A DNA stretch of 64,000 nucleotides, from contig NW_024704751.1 in assembly GCF_018977255.1 (NCBI RefSeq), forward strand, positions 9,114,001 to 9,178,000, written 5' to 3'. Shown one piece after another: positions 1 through 14,388 of this stretch. The stretch is from Callorhinchus milii (Eukaryota). The translations under genes and the position numbers were made by a program. Within the stretch, counting starts at the first letter, position 1; every line of letters begins with the position of its first letter. The notes under the pieces are model-generated. The model was not told the DNA's origin. It searched no databases and saw only the letters and a program-made list of their open reading frames with translations.

Positions 1-2625
1 GATGCTGGGTTTCTGCATGCGCCAGACACCTTGCTGAACAAAAACAATCCTGTGAAGCACTTTCAGACGTCTTGACAATGTGATAAGGCTCTATATTAAA
101 TGCATTGGGTGGTGTCACTTGATCCAGAATTACACTGTTTTCTCCCCAGCCCAAGACCCGCTACGTATTACAGCTTTTCAATGGATCTTTAAAAAGCAAT
201 TTTTTTCATTAAATCTTTTAAGCTGTCAACCCTGGAGATTATTTTTTTTTAAAAAAAACACACAACGAGGGTCTGGGGTTTGTACAAGCCAAGGGAGACG
301 GATGGGAAGAGGAGCTGAAATACTTTTCTTTGCCCTTTGAAAAGTTTGCATTCCTTCCTTGGAGCAGATGCAAATTCTCTTGTTAATTTTTCCTCCTCTG
401 TAGACCATCTCCACACTCAGCAGAGCATTAGAGCACTCAGCTCCACCATAAACAACGCACATCAGCCTCCATTCCACTTCGATCTCAATTAGGAAGCACC
501 TGAGCCACAAACCCGTTGCATCAAGAACTCTCTTAGTGTTACAAACTGACAGGCTTTGAACACAAGGCGTAACTGAGAAATCTAAACGGTCAGTCCCACC
601 GTGTTATCAAAATTCCATTCACGGACATCATTTTTTAACGAAACACTGCAAAGGTAGTCGAGCAATAAAAAAAAACCGTAGCAAATATCCCCAAAATGCA
701 GGCAAATAACTCCTCATCCCCTCCTCAAATATGCATAATTTCCAATCTCCCTGTTTTTAATCCTCACCTGTCTGGAGTAGACTGGCAGATTAATTCACAG
801 CAATAGCAGGAAGAAAAACGTGGACAGCTGGAAATAAATCCACCAGATAGATTTGAAAAGGGGTTAGGAGTTTAGCAGTAAGAGGGTTGAGAAAAATTCG
901 ACTGTATTATGAGGGACCCTAATTTGCACACTCAGGATTAAAAGGTCAGAAAGAGCATAGTCCGAGTACGTTCCTAATCACACACCTTGTTCTCAGAAGA
1001 TTGTACAGAAAATCTCAAATAAATCAGCAAACAGTCTTTAAGAAATGGATTATATCAATTTAAGCAATGGATGAAGCACTTAAGTAGAGATACACAGATG
1101 CAAACATACCTCAGACTAGGATGAGTATAATAATACGTTGACTGGAGGAAAGAGTATGTGGTACAATGGCAAAGCTGTCTTTACAGCACAGCAGGTAGAA
1201 CAGAATAGATAAATGGCACCAAGACTCACGCTGAAAAGAGCTTTTATAGTTCAAGTTCACAAAACAGACATGAATATAAATGTTTTTTGTAAAAAAAGAA
1301 TGCAGTTATGTTCCAGACCTTAAAAAAAATTCCAAACTTGACTGAGAAGGATTTTATCATTTGCACACAAGACACAGGATGGCCCGCATCATCTCAAATA
1401 GACGCATTGCAGAAGCCCTAGTACAAGGATAAACAGCCCACCCCTCCACAACAGAGTCAGTCTGTCCTTGCTCAGCTCTGTTGGCATGCATGGTCCCTCC
1501 CCAAACTCAAGGAAAGTTACCATTTGTGAATGGCAGAATTCAGGCGATTTTTCATGTTCCCTCTAATGCCTTCATTGCAGCCCAGAGTAAACTGAGCAGG
1601 ATCCTAGCACCTCATGCTATTTCAAGATCAGTTTTATTTCAACCTGACAGACACCATTAAAAATCCTCAGGAAACAATACAGCAACAAACCAAGCCTCCA
1701 CCCTTTATCGTCCCAAATCCGACCCTGGTCCCAGCTTAATCACTAGACTCTTTGTTCAAAGATAAAAGTAACTACATTACAGTGCACAGATTAAAACATT
1801 AAGAAAACACAAGCCTTTAAAGTGCAACTCCTACGCAAATGTATAGCTTAGAACCTAGTTATCTTACAAAGACAGATTTACATAACGTAAGTGGCTGGAA
1901 GTAAGTGGCGATCATTCATTCTTCTGCTCTTGTGTGCCAAGTCAGATGCAATTTAAACAATCCTCCACGAACATTCCACATCACATTAGATGGTCAGAAA
2001 TATTGGAATCAACAACAACTTGCATTTATATAGCGTCCTTCATGCCGGATGGCATCTCAGTAAGAGCAACACAATGAACATTTTAAAGGTAGAAAAGCTA
2101 ACAATATAGAACTGGTTGCGGGGTGTCCTAGACCCAACTTCAGATACTGCTCTTCAAGCGGAGCCAATCCTTTCCCAGCTATCGCTCAGTGAACACGATT
2201 ATCTCACACCACAGGTAGCTAGGCTGCCCTTCCCTGGGTCAATGCTTGAACTGATAACTATGGACATTCAACCTCCTGAGTATTGCAGGCTTTCAAAATA
2301 AAGAATTTAATTAAAGATAACAAGGCTTCCCTTTTTCCTTCCAGTTGTCGCCCCTCATCCATTGATGGCACCAACTCATTCTGCCTTACAGTTCCACGGG
2401 CACATTGCAGACTGAACCTGTTAACCTGGATGCTGAGAGCCAGTCAGCATGCTGCTTTGCCAGCAGAGATTACAGGAACCTGGCTAGGACTCCTGGTTGA
2501 TTTTTGCATTCAGACATACAGATCTTCTGTCCTGGCTGGGATCAGGATAGACTAGGAATTGAACTGACCCTTTCTGGTGTTTTACCTGCTGGTTATAGAG
2601 AGCGTTTTCCATTGATCCTGTAGAT

Positions 2626-2706
2626 CAGAGATGGCCAACTTGCAGCCCGTGGGCCACATTATGTATGCATAAAACAATCGCCCAGGCCACAAGTTGGCCA
2701 TCCCTG
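2626..2706. mobile_element. 81-bp hAT/Charlie-type MITE
   Basis: Terminal inverted repeats CAGAGATGGCCAACTTG ... CAAGTTGGCCATCCCTG. The flanking 8-mers CTGTAGAT and CTGCATAT match at 6/8, as expected for a decayed hAT target-site duplication. Confidence 0.75.
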
Positions 2707-2992
2707 CTGCATATAATTGAATCAAAAGCTTGTACTAAACCATAAAACATTCCTGTTGCAGTTTTCGGAGAAACAGAAAAACGTTTCTAGGAGTTACCTC
2801 AATGGCTTGTGGGTTTATCCTGTGAGCAAACTGTCAAATAAATACCATTCCCTTTTGAAAAGGTTTCACTCCACAGAAACCAAGCATCTTATTGTATGCC
2901 TCAGCCATTAAGGAGATTGAAAGCAGGAGGACTAATGAATTGTGACCCAAACAGTACAGGCATTAGCTTATGATAATTAACAGTTTACTTAC

Positions 2993-5900
2993 CACATATG
3001 GCCACTGGGAGCCTGCAATGAGACATGACTGCTGTACTGAAATGCTGGCTGCTCCTTCGATAAAACTGGCTCCTGTTTACAGACAAAAAGGGAATACACC
3101 TTTAGATTCTCGTCAGAATGTGACACACGGAGCAACTATAGATTGTATTGATGTGTAATGAGTAAAATGTGCTAACAACATTTTAGCCGTGGGAGAGACG
3201 GGCCACTTAACTTTGGCCATTGTTCAATTATGACTTCTAAGCACCGGCCATTAACACTTTAAACACTCCTAGAAATGGTATTGTTCCCATTGTATTTTCT
3301 TATTGCAGTGTACATTGCAAACCCCCCCCACAACACACACATAGTCTGCTGACTGACCCCATTTGAAGTGCACAAGTTTAAAGTTAACTGGTTTGATTCA
3401 GTCTAGCACTGGTGAATAGCTTAAAGATTCACAAGTACTCACTCGAAGCTCAAATGAAAGCAAAGAACTTAATTTTGGTCAACATTTCCAGTTCTGATGA
3501 AGGGCCACACCCTAAACAATTTAATAATCCTTATGTTTGATATAGCACCTTAGACATCACAAAGTCCTTCACAGAATATATTGTAAAATGCATTGACTGT
3601 ATTTTGTGGGAGAAACACAGCAGTGTCACACTAGCACTGGATATGTAACTTTCAGTGACTCACTATCACTTCATGTATTCGGGGATTTGGTTTAGGGTGC
3701 TTCAACATGTACCTGGCACAAGTGTCAAGCTGCAACAGATGCCATGATTTTCTAAAATACAACCTTCCCCTTCGGCAATAGGGGCAGTTCTGTTTCTGGA
3801 ATCCATCTAGTATGGATGCCAGAATTTGAGACAGAAGGAATATATGGAGGTTAATATAATCCTGAACCACAAAAAAAATGGCAATTCATAGCATGTCAAT
3901 CAGGAAGTTGACTGATATGCATTCACAGCGTTTTGTTTCAGGTTTCCAGCAACTGCTCAAATTTGTAAAAAAACACAATTTTTAAAATTAGTCTGCATTC
4001 TGAAGTTAGCAATATAGGCACTCATTCAAATCACAACAACAAACTACATTAGCTCGGAATGTGACTAGCAGGATTACAGATCCTTCAAATGATCTTGTTC
4101 AAATCCAAAATGCGGCGCAAGACTTTTCTGGTAACAACTCCAGTGCCTGGTTTAGCTACCAATTCAACATGTCAACATGGGATAGGCCTTTCCTCTCCCC
4201 TCATAGTCTCTTATTTGTTTTCAACTGCAAACATCCTTTGGCCGTATTCCACCAGTATGTGAATTTGTAAACCCAGAGTTGATGCAATTATTCTGAGTAT
4301 TAGAATAACTGGATAACTGAATACATTCTGGCAAGCTGCTCCAGTTATTAGATTAAGTGAAGCATTTAACTAGGCCCATACACATCTTTTAAAATCTTGC
4401 TAGGATCATTAATAGTTACTCACCCTGCCCACCACTCCTCTGCCTCGCACCGTCTCCAGTGTCCCAGACAGGCTGAATATCCGCCAGTGTCGTTCTCGAA
4501 GCTGAACTACTTCTGCGCCGAGATTCTCCAACCGGATGCAGTATCGCCACTAAGAAGGAAGAATGGGGTCAGGTCAGTCCTCCAAACTGAAGCAACGGGA
4601 AGTAACACAAATCTATCTCCTTTTTGTATGGTTACATGTAAAATGCAACTTTTTAAAAAATGTAACTAGGCACTTAGCCTACACCTCCCACCAAGACTTT
4701 TAGGCTTAAGGACATTTACAAAAGAGTATTATGGGTTTGATAAATCAGGACCAACCACTGGCAACTTACACGTGCAAATAGTCATATTACACTTAAAACA
4801 AAAATTTGTCCCAGTTTAATCATAGTGACCTAAGTAACCAATATCCCATATATATCAATAAAACCAATAGAATGTTCACAATCAGACTCCACTCTGCATC
4901 TGTGGTGATACTTACCCAGTAGACGTGGGAATTCTGAGCTTCCTGCAATGCATAGAAAAAAAACTGTAAGAACCGCTTCAGTGAAAAACAATTGGAAGAC
5001 ACTGCAACTTTTATTTAAAAGTCCACAATATAATAATAATAAGGCTTGCATTTGATATAGCGGGTCGGGTCGTTGTAACAATGTCATGTTAGAACTATAG
5101 GAATTCAGTGCATTAATTAAGCAGAAAAGCCAGGTTACCCATACTTCATAAACAAAGCCACTCTAAGATGAAGAGTTGTGCAACTTTACATTTATATAAT
5201 GTAACAATGAGAAATGCCTTGCGTGTCAGGACATCCCAAGGCACTGATTAGTCATTCCCAATCTGAAAAGCCCTGCATCTTGGGCTACTTCCCAATAATT
5301 GTACGCTTAGTAGACCTCCAAATAAGGCTATACGCTGCAATACATTGGATGTGCCACCATTGTGAGGCACTCCCAGTACACCATTGGAGAAACATCACAA
5401 CATCCTTACCCGCATGCCCATGTAGAAAGGTATAACAGTAACCCTGATGTTTTCTGTGGTTTCTCGATGTACGTCGGACAGCTCTAACCAGGGATGGTTC
5501 TTCTCTTGCCAGGCGCGTAGTGTGTCTCTGGCTGCAAATGGCAGAGCTGTGGAAATTAAACGACAAAACACTTAACACAGAATATCTCCAGGATAATCTA
5601 GTTTATACCCCGAGTTCAGCTAGTACTTTTGTTTAGTCTTGTATAAGTGTACCTATAATGTACATATACCGATAATGATACCATAGTACACATGAATCAT
5701 ACAACCAATTTGTAACTTGGAACCTATTTGATCTCAAATGTTTGGAGACGAGATCCACTAATACGTGCCAATACTAAAGCTTTCAGCCCGTCAGTACATA
5801 TTTATGACACTGCAACTCTACAGTGAAATCATTTAAATTTTTATAAAATCAAAGCTTATTTGATTTCTGGGGACGAATTTTGTGTTCATCAAGGGAAAAG

Positions 5901-8900
5901 ATTTTGGTATGGAGAAATGCAACATTCCCATTGGAGTACTCGGTTTCAGCATTGACCATTCCCGGGTCAGGGATTCAAAGAGACATCAACAACAGGCATA
6001 TATATTACCTGGAAGAATGTTAAGATATATGGAGATATTATATATGTTGTTGTTGCCACTATTATACGTACACCACTAACTTTCCTCCATTCATAGAAAG
6101 GACATAAATCAGGCATTTCAGTTGGCTGGAAATGTACAAAAATACTCATTACCTTTTGCAGGCTCGTAGGAAAGAAATCTTTCAAATAACTCATGTTGGA
6201 TGGGGTTCCTATCTGAGGAGCTGTATGGCAGAATGTCTTCATGACTCACATAGTCTAAGCCTAAATATAAAACAAACACTTTTAAAAGAATCATTTCAGA
6301 CATTTACTATTGCAAAAAAATTGAAGAGAATGTTGTAACATTTCAATCTTCTCTGAATAAGTATTAAAATGTGTTTGCAAGGCACTGATCAGCCAGCACT
6401 GAGTAAGCGCATCACAGTCAGAATGATACTAAGAGCCATAGTAATAGTAAAATGGAAAAACATTTTAGCCAGAGCACAAGCAAAAAGTGGGAACTTTGTA
6501 TACGGAAATCGCTTGATGTCAGTCTAGATTGAGATCCACTCCCATATTTATATGAGAACAAGGCATACCAATGCGTACTGCCACTAGTCAGCTAACTCAC
6601 CAGAGATCCGGGATCAATTGTGAGACCCCACATCTCTGTATGGCTCCATTTCACACAGTGGTTTTACCCACTGCCCCATGAGGGTTGTAAAGTTTCTACA
6701 ACACATTACAAAGTGTTAAATCTGATAATTTAGTTCAGACTATTATATTAAATAGGATCAGTTTCTCTCCAGATATGCTCCCTGTTGTTTTACATAATAT
6801 AAAGCAGGTCCATTACCTGGAATTGCATAGAGAGCTCTGCTGTCGTCGTGGTTGGCAAGAAAAGTCACTGCTTCTGTCTGTGACCTCTGAGACTGCAACA
6901 GAAAAGACAATTGAAAAGACAAAGCAAGGAGTAGCTGTGAGTTTAGAAGCACACGACTATTTCACTACAAAGATTGAAGAGGCAAAGAGCAGACTTGTAC
7001 TAGGGAATACCAAGAGAACCTGTATTACAGTTTCACAATAGGAATAATGGCCAATATGATTTTCTCCCAATCCTTCTCCACTTAACATTCTCACTCTCCC
7101 TAAGGCACGGATTCACACAGGTGTATAGTTCCAGACAAACTAGCTGCCCTCTGGTTTCTTTCCCAGGTAACTACTAATCACTCACTGCCAAGATATTGTA
7201 GTATGTTTTAGCACTCAATGCAACTGTGGGGGGAGCATCAAACCCAAACCCAAGGAGGAGGATAATTTTGTTGCGAATCTCATGAGCTTAATTTTAAAAG
7301 TTGCCTGGGAGGGACAGTTCTATTTAAACTCCCCATGACCAGCAGCGTTCCCTTCCCTCATCATTAATAGTTCTACAATAACAGTAACTGAGATAGATTG
7401 GCCCAATTTAATTAGAGCAGCACATTTACCCCGCAGTCTGTTCATTATACAGTTTACTTCTCTTGAAGTCACTCCCAACTGAACAGTACAGTTAAAGTAA
7501 CACCCACATCGCCACTTGAATGGGACATGTTGAACATAAACACTCACAATATGAGGACAGTCCCTGGTGTCAATCAGCACTTGATAGTATGTATGTGTTT
7601 TGCCTTTTACTTCTTTTGAACCTTGACTTCCTTCTGCACTTTCTGTCTTACTGCAAGCAAACAAAGTACAAACCATCAATCAACTCTTTCAATGCGTGTA
7701 ACTCGGCAACATCCGTTTATTGCTGACCTCTGAAAATCATTTGCTTCTTAATGTTTCAACCAATCAAAAAGAGTCAGGCAGGGAGTGAATTGACATAGTC
7801 TTTTTTGGTCAGCGGGATGTGCAGAAACTCATCACCATGCTTAAAAGAATCCAAACCAGTGTCCCACATATGTACACCACCTACACATGGAAACATTCCT
7901 GTGTCTGGAATGAAATGTGAACTCTTTTTCTGGAAGGACACACCCCACTTTTGGTGAGTACAGACCCAAATACCAAGGCTTGGGGTCCACTCCCTCCCAG
8001 AGTATGCGCTGGGGTAACTGCTGGAGTTTAACCGGTTTGCCATTCAGAGCACTGTCTGGCAAGCTTCCCACTGCTTACCCAGCTAAAACCACCCTATACA
8101 TAGGGTATATATACAAAATACAAACAAATGCACCATAATACTATAGTGAAATTAGAAGAAAGCTAACACAGAGCTTACCTGTCAGAGCTACAGGATGCCA
8201 CATCACGGTCATACAATCTGGCGTGCCATGGGAACAGGACTATTCCTCTGTACCCAAATATGCTGTGTAGAAACAACTACAGGGGCAGAAACACAGGGTC
8301 AAAGACATGCAAAAGGATTTTATGTCCAAGCTGCATCTTTAGAATAGCTACACTGGGTTGGGTTAAGATAGGCTGAGCTAGCATAAATTCACAGCCAGAC
8401 ACAAAAGCAGCCCTCTTACCACAATAAGCAAGAGGGAGAAAAGAGGTTTTGGTGTCTCAGGTAGTGGGTTTCCAATTCAACCACATCAGAGGGAGGAGCA
8501 GAGAGGAGACTTAGTGTTTTCCCTCCACACAGAAGCACTAACAAATGGCTTCACTGTCCTTAAGATTGGAAAAAAGCACACAACCGGTGTTTCTACTTTG
8601 GATCACTATCCAAGTGGAGCGCATGTAATGTGGAGGCAGAAAAAGGCAAGACTGAATATAGTTATGACTGACCTTGGTCAAACAACCTAACAGAACTCAC
8701 TGTCAGGGTCACACCTCACGTATGCCATCCAGGAAAGACAAAGTTGGTTGCCTATTAAGCAACTTTAAAAATCCTTGATATAACACCTTTCATTATCAGG
8801 AGGACATCTCCAAGCACCTAACAAAATGTTTAAAGCCTACCTAAACATGGGGACAGGACCTCAATTTAACATCCCATGGAAAGGGCAGCACCTCAAACAC

Positions 8901-10412
8901 CGCCAAACTCCTCCAGTACAGCGCTGGAGTATCAGCCTGGGCTCTGAGCCTGAGATCACTTCATTTTGTAATAGCAAGTTACTCCATAGTCAAACCTATC
9001 TCACCTGTCCGGTTTCATATTTTCCTAGTTGCTTTGGGGCTTCAAACACTCCAACCGTCTCTAACACTTTACCTTCAGGGCGGTTCCTGTGGAAACAAAA
9101 TCAAACAAAACTCAAAATAAGTAAGGATTTATCACAAAGATCAGAATTAAGAAACAGAACACAAGCATACATCACAAGTACTGGCATAGGCATGGGATTA
9201 ACTCTCAACAACATGATAGATCATATGAAGCAAAAGTATGCAGGTCACTAATGAAGTTCAAAATTGTGCAACTGTATTTCCAGATTTTTCTAGTACTTCA
9301 GTTAGATGTGATAGGTTTCCAACTGACTACCAACCTCTGGTTAAACATTACCCTAATATCTCCATATCACTCTGTAGAGATGAAAACAATACTTCCACAG
9401 CCACCAAACCCTGTCGATGAGTGTCTCTGTGGATTTATTTTTACGCACAACCATCTTCCAATGGTTTGTAAAGTTCAATCTGTGAACTGATTTACTTTCA
9501 AAATCTTCTGAAGGAGGCCTTAGCTTTTTGGAACAAATAGAATTATTATATTCTGCTCTCAGTTTCTGTAACCACCATGACTGCAAAACATTTCTTCAAG
9601 TTTCGAAAACACATTTCAAAAGAGTTTTCTTCCCCCTTCTCTTAAAGACAGCAATGCCCAGTGCCGTTCCAGGACACTTTGGAAAACACCTCCATACGCA
9701 CAAACATAATAATAATGATAAACAGATACTGGTACATGTACAACAATATGCATTCATATAGGTGTGGCATCTGGGAGAGCTCATACATAGATACAAACCC
9801 ACACCTTTCTCTCTCTATACTGATGCTCTGCCACTGCGCCGTCTTTTCAACAAAGTACTGCTTTCCCATCGTACATATACAGTACGAGGAGTGGCAGCTG
9901 CGCAATAATAAATAATCTTTGCATTTGATACAGCGCCTTGTCGCGTCTTCCGAGGCGCCTCCAAGCGCTTCACAGAAAAGGACGTACAAGGTACTGCAAA
10001 GTGTAGTGACTGTGTGTTCTGCGGGCGAACGTATGCAGCGTATAATCGAGGGCAACGCGAAGACAACCAGCCCTGTGCAGAAACAGGTAACTTCAGTGTG
10101 TTTTGATGAAGGTGTGTAGTCATGTGCTGTGTACTGGCGCGGAGTGGAGTGGAGGGAGTGGAGGGAGTGGAGGGGAGGCCAACCTTCTCTCGCTCCCCAC
10201 AGTCTGACCTCCCCGTCGCTGGGCTCTCACCTGGAAGACAGCAGCCTGACGTGCTGGTGATACTGGGTGACGTTACAGGCCAGACAGGCGGCCCTGTTGC
10301 TGCCGCCGCCGCCGCCGCCTTCCCGCGAGTAACGAGCCCCCAAGGCCCGGAAAGCGGCGGCCGGAGCTTTGCCGAGGACTGACACGCACCTCCTGACGGC
10401 CGGGGCCGCCAT
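2993..10412 (-). CDS. POLDIP2: Polymerase delta-interacting protein 2 (YccV-like + ApaG/DUF525 domains), coding exons 1-10; last exon not found in window
   Basis: Exons (-): 10412-10231, 9086-9005, 8276-8179, 7650-7548, 6892-6817, 6260-6153, 5546-5410, 4942-4916, 4549-4424, 3072-2993. All have GT-AG borders and compatible phases. Translation includes RNRPEGKVLETVGVFE, LFLHSIFGYRG, KTHTYYQVLID, SQRSQTEAVTFLANHDDSRALYAIPGLDYVSHEDILPY, WRYCIRLENL and EPVLSKEQPAFQYSSHVSLQA, matching vertebrate POLDIP2. Confidence 0.97.
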
Positions 10413-11142
10413 GACAGTGAGCGAGCGCGGGGCGGGGCGGGTGAGGGAGACAGTGAGAGGCCGTCCCTCACACTCACACACTACAAAGCCCCGAGGGGGG
10501 GGGGAGCCCTGACTGACTGACTGACCGACTGACCGCCCGCCTTCCCGCTCTCAGGCCTGAGCCAAACTCCTAACTACCCGCGGGGGCGCCTCAGCGCCCG
10601 GTGGTGGCGTCACAGACACACGGCGGCGGCGGGTATTTTTTTTTGAGCTGTTTTTCTAGCGACACCACCAGCTGCCCCTCAACTAAACCAAACTGCCCGA
10701 GGGCTGGGGGGGGGGGGGGCGGCTGGGCGTTCTCGCGGCCGAGAGGAGGGTCCGGCAGTCGGGGGCGCGGGCCTGCAAGGCGCTCGCTGGCTCCTTCCCT
10801 CCCTCCCGTGTGCTGCTCGATGCCACTAACAAAGATGGCGGCCGCCCTCGACGGACGCGTAACCAGGCGGTGGTTGGCCGGTTGCCATGGAGACCGGCCG
10901 AGTTAGGCCTCGCGTCTCCCCCACGGAGCCTGAGGAGGAGGATGAGAAGGGGGCACAGTTACAACACATTCCCAGTTTAACAAGGCGATGGGGGGGGGGG
11001 CAGGGCAATAATCTTTATCTTGGTGATTCATGTGTGTGTGTGTGGGAGGGAGGGGAGGCCGCTTGCCCTTTGCCCCGCACGCTGCTGACGTTGCGTGTCC
11101 CCCGCCCCCCCCCCCCACCCCTTCCCTCTGCCCCTCACAAAG
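10413..11142. promoter_or_regulatory. Bidirectional CpG-island promoter POLDIP2/TMEM199
   Basis: 730 bp between divergent ATGs, CpG-rich. YY1-type AAGATGGCGGC at 10832-10842, a second AAGATGGCG over the TMEM199 ATG, RFX X-box GTTGCCATGGAGAC at 10881-10894, and GC boxes. Confidence 0.85.
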
Positions 11143-14100
11143 ATGGCGTCCGCTGTGCGGGTCGGGGACGGCTTCGAGCCGCGGCTCCGCGCTCTGCTCC
11201 GGGACTGGGACCGGGACGACAGCTCCGTCGCTCAGGACGCGCGCTCGCAACTCGAGGCCTGTCTGGCCGGCGGCCCCACGGTCTCCTTCGACGCCCTCCG
11301 GACACTGCACGGCTTCTTACGGGCGAAAGGTGAGCCCCGGGCCTTGGCTCCTGGTGTCCAGCAGAGCAGTCAGGGCCGCACTGACAATACATACCCCGAA
11401 CAGCCGCCTTATTCCTCGAGGCTTTCCCCCACCCCCCCTCTCACGTAAAAATTAAAACCTCTCAGAGAAACGAAAGGAAGGTTATTATATGATAATAATA
11501 ATAATATTACCAGTTGTATTTAATACAGCACCCGATGATGATGATAACAACAACAACAACAACAATAATAATCCTTGCGTTCGATATGGCGCTTTTTCAC
11601 GCCTTCGAGACATCTCGAAGTGCTTCGCGGAATATTGCCGCAAAGCGCAGCAGTGACCGTGCTCTTTGCGGGCGACACGCGGCAGCCGACGGCGCACAGC
11701 GTCGTGTCGCCCGGACGTCTCGGAAGCCCGTCTCACAGCAAACGAACGCAACAACAACTTGCGCGTGTCTCGCGCCCTTCGCCGGGGGGTAGCGTCCCAG
11801 AGCGCTTCTATGCTATGTATTTTGCGGGTGAACGCGGCTGCCAACAGCCACGAAGCCAATGAACAATATAATTTGGGGCGGTGGGGGCTGTTGTCCAGTA
11901 GACCAGGAGAAATTCCCTTCTGTTGGGCAAGTTTCCTTACTCCACACAGAGCCTCATAATAATCCCTCCAAAACCAAAAACAATAATAAATTGGTCATTT
12001 TCAATCTACGACACGTTGTGGGACATTGCTGTGCGCAATTGGCTGCCGCGTTCGCCCACAAATATACAGTCAATTCACTTTACAGTGTGTTCTGTGAAGC
12101 GCTTTGGGACGTCCTCCCGACGTGAAAAGCGCTATATCAAATGCAAGGATTATTATTATTATTATATATCAATTTAGAGAATTCCTCACCTGGGAATTTT
12201 GAACAGGTAGATGGATACAGAGACAGAATGAGAAGGAGTGTCCACTTTCGTAACCAGCACTGGTCCTTGCAATTTGCTGCAGATTGTACAGCTTTCAGTG
12301 TCTTGTTTGTTTTCAGGTTTTCCTGTGTATCTACACGAACTTCTCGAAGGAGCTGAACTATTCGTACCAGAGGTGAAGGCACCAGAACGGGTCAGTATAT
12401 ACCAGCCTCTGTTTGCACATCTGTAACACTATACGGTCTACTGACTTGTTGGTAATAAGCTGCTTAAATTAGAAATTGCTTTCAGTTGCACTGAGCTGAC
12501 TAGACATTTGTCGTTGTGTAAATCATGAAATTTGTCTTTGAGCCGCAAAGAAAATGTTCCTGATCCATGTTCTTACATTGTGTCTCTCAGCTCATCATTC
12601 TGTCCAGTCATTACATTAAATCCTGGAGAATACAGAGTGTATTAATAACTTTCAGAGGCAGTATCATTGCTGTCATCTAGCTCAATGGGTACATGCCTGG
12701 AATGCTACTGAACCTGATACTTTGCCTGAATATATTTAGTTGGTCTCAGTTAAGGAATGATTGTGATGAGAAAGATGGAGAGCTTCAATTATCCTCTGCA
12801 TTCTTATGATAATAAAGGGAAATCAAGACAAGTAATAGCTAGTGATATCTGCTTGAATGGTATTTCAGTTGACTTTGGATAAAGAGATGGTTGGACTCTG
12901 AAAAGGTGACTGACACTCGCTCACAGTTGAAGAATGGGCACAAGAGAGTTGTGGAATCATGCACCAGTACAAAGCAGCACCTTTAGTAGCGAGGAAAATA
13001 TTTAATTTAAGAAGTTGTTACTTATCACACTTTTCTTTAAACCATGTTTGGGAATTGCCTGCTGTGTTTTACGAGTCTGTCTCTTTCAGAACCCGGAGCT
13101 GGTCGCCCGACTGGAGAAGATAAAAGCAAAACTGGCAAATGAGGAATACAAGCGCATCACAAGGAATGTCGACTGCAAGGTACCGTCATGTGAGCCATCC
13201 CCGAACTGTTCCTTCCATCTCTGTCTGGTCTGCAAGTATTAAACAAAGACTGTTAGTAACAGCACAGCCACATTAACTGTATGTATCTGCCCTAATATTT
13301 ATTCATTTGTGTTCTTCTGTTTGTAGCAGATGAACCGTTTTGGTACTTTGGGAAATTTGGGACGAGAAGGTTAGTGGATTTTATATGAAGACTTGTTTCT
13401 TCCTGTGAATTTCCTTTCCTAAACTCTACTCATATGTACAAAGGAACCTTAAAGATGCCTTGCACGCTCTGCCAGCTGTTGTAATTGCTTGCAGTGCAAG
13501 CAGCAGTGTGAGGTTGCTTCCTAAACTGTGCTGTTTGTTTAACACAGTGAGATCGGTGAAGGCAGTTGTGGTGACCATCTTTAATTTCCTTCTAACGGTG
13601 GTGGCCTCATTTGCCTGTGCCTACATTGGCAGCCAGTATATTTTCACAGAGACAGCAGCGGTGAGTAGAGCCTAGCGCATCAGCTAATGTCACCACAGTC
13701 CACCAAACCCCTGGGACATTGCTTGAGCATCAATAAGCATTCAGCTACTAAACTCAGAACATCCGTCTGGCTCAGTGGGTGCACTCACCTATGGAGTCCT
13801 AGGGTTCGAGCCTTGGCTTGTAATCATCTGGACATCTTAGTGCAGTTCTATGGGAGTGCTGTAAGCATTGTCAGGTGCTATCTTACAAGTGAGACAATTA
13901 GCTGTCCTGTTTGTCTGTAAAGCAATAAGCACCCTTTAGTGAAGCTCTTTCAGACATTTAAAGTGATAAAGCGCTTTATCATATGCTGCTTTTCTGATAC
14001 TCGCAAATAAATAATCATTCATTCAAGTGGGAAGTTTTGATACCAGGGAAAACACTCAGTGAAGCATCAGTTGATAGCCTGGGAAGTGTTGCTGGAATGC

Positions 14101-14388
14101 TCTGTGCCTTGTGTGCATTATATTTAATTAAATGTAATCCTATTTAATTTGTTTCACCCTAGAAATGTACAGATAAATTCACTTTACAGTATATTCTGTG
14201 GCAAGATGTGATAAGACATTATGTCTAATGCAAGGATTATTAATTGAGGAATCGACATGAATTTGTGTAACCCTGTTTGTGTTTTGTTGCAGAGAGTGCT
14301 GTCGGCTGTGATTGTGGCCTCGGTGGTGGGTTTGGCTGAACTGTATGTGCTGGTGAGGACCATGGAAGGGGAGCTCGGAGAGATGTAG
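11143..14388 (+). CDS. TMEM199: Transmembrane protein 199 (VMA12 V-ATPase assembly factor), 6 exons, 200 aa
   Basis: Exons 11143-11329, 12317-12390, 13090-13179, 13327-13369, 13548-13660, 14293-14388 (TAG), 603 nt in frame. Motifs [36 protein letters not shown], two hydrophobic helices and [21 protein letters not shown]. Confidence 0.97.
11923..12164 (+). mobile_element. 5'-truncated tRNA-derived SINE (short subfamily)
   Basis: Near-identical to the body and tail of the copy at 22282-22606; ends in (ATT)n. Confidence 0.85.

Noticed and set aside
1-2992. Final POLDIP2 exon (GTFRFER...-like)
   Set aside because: Not found by eye on the - strand. It is presumed to lie left of the window rather than to be lost.
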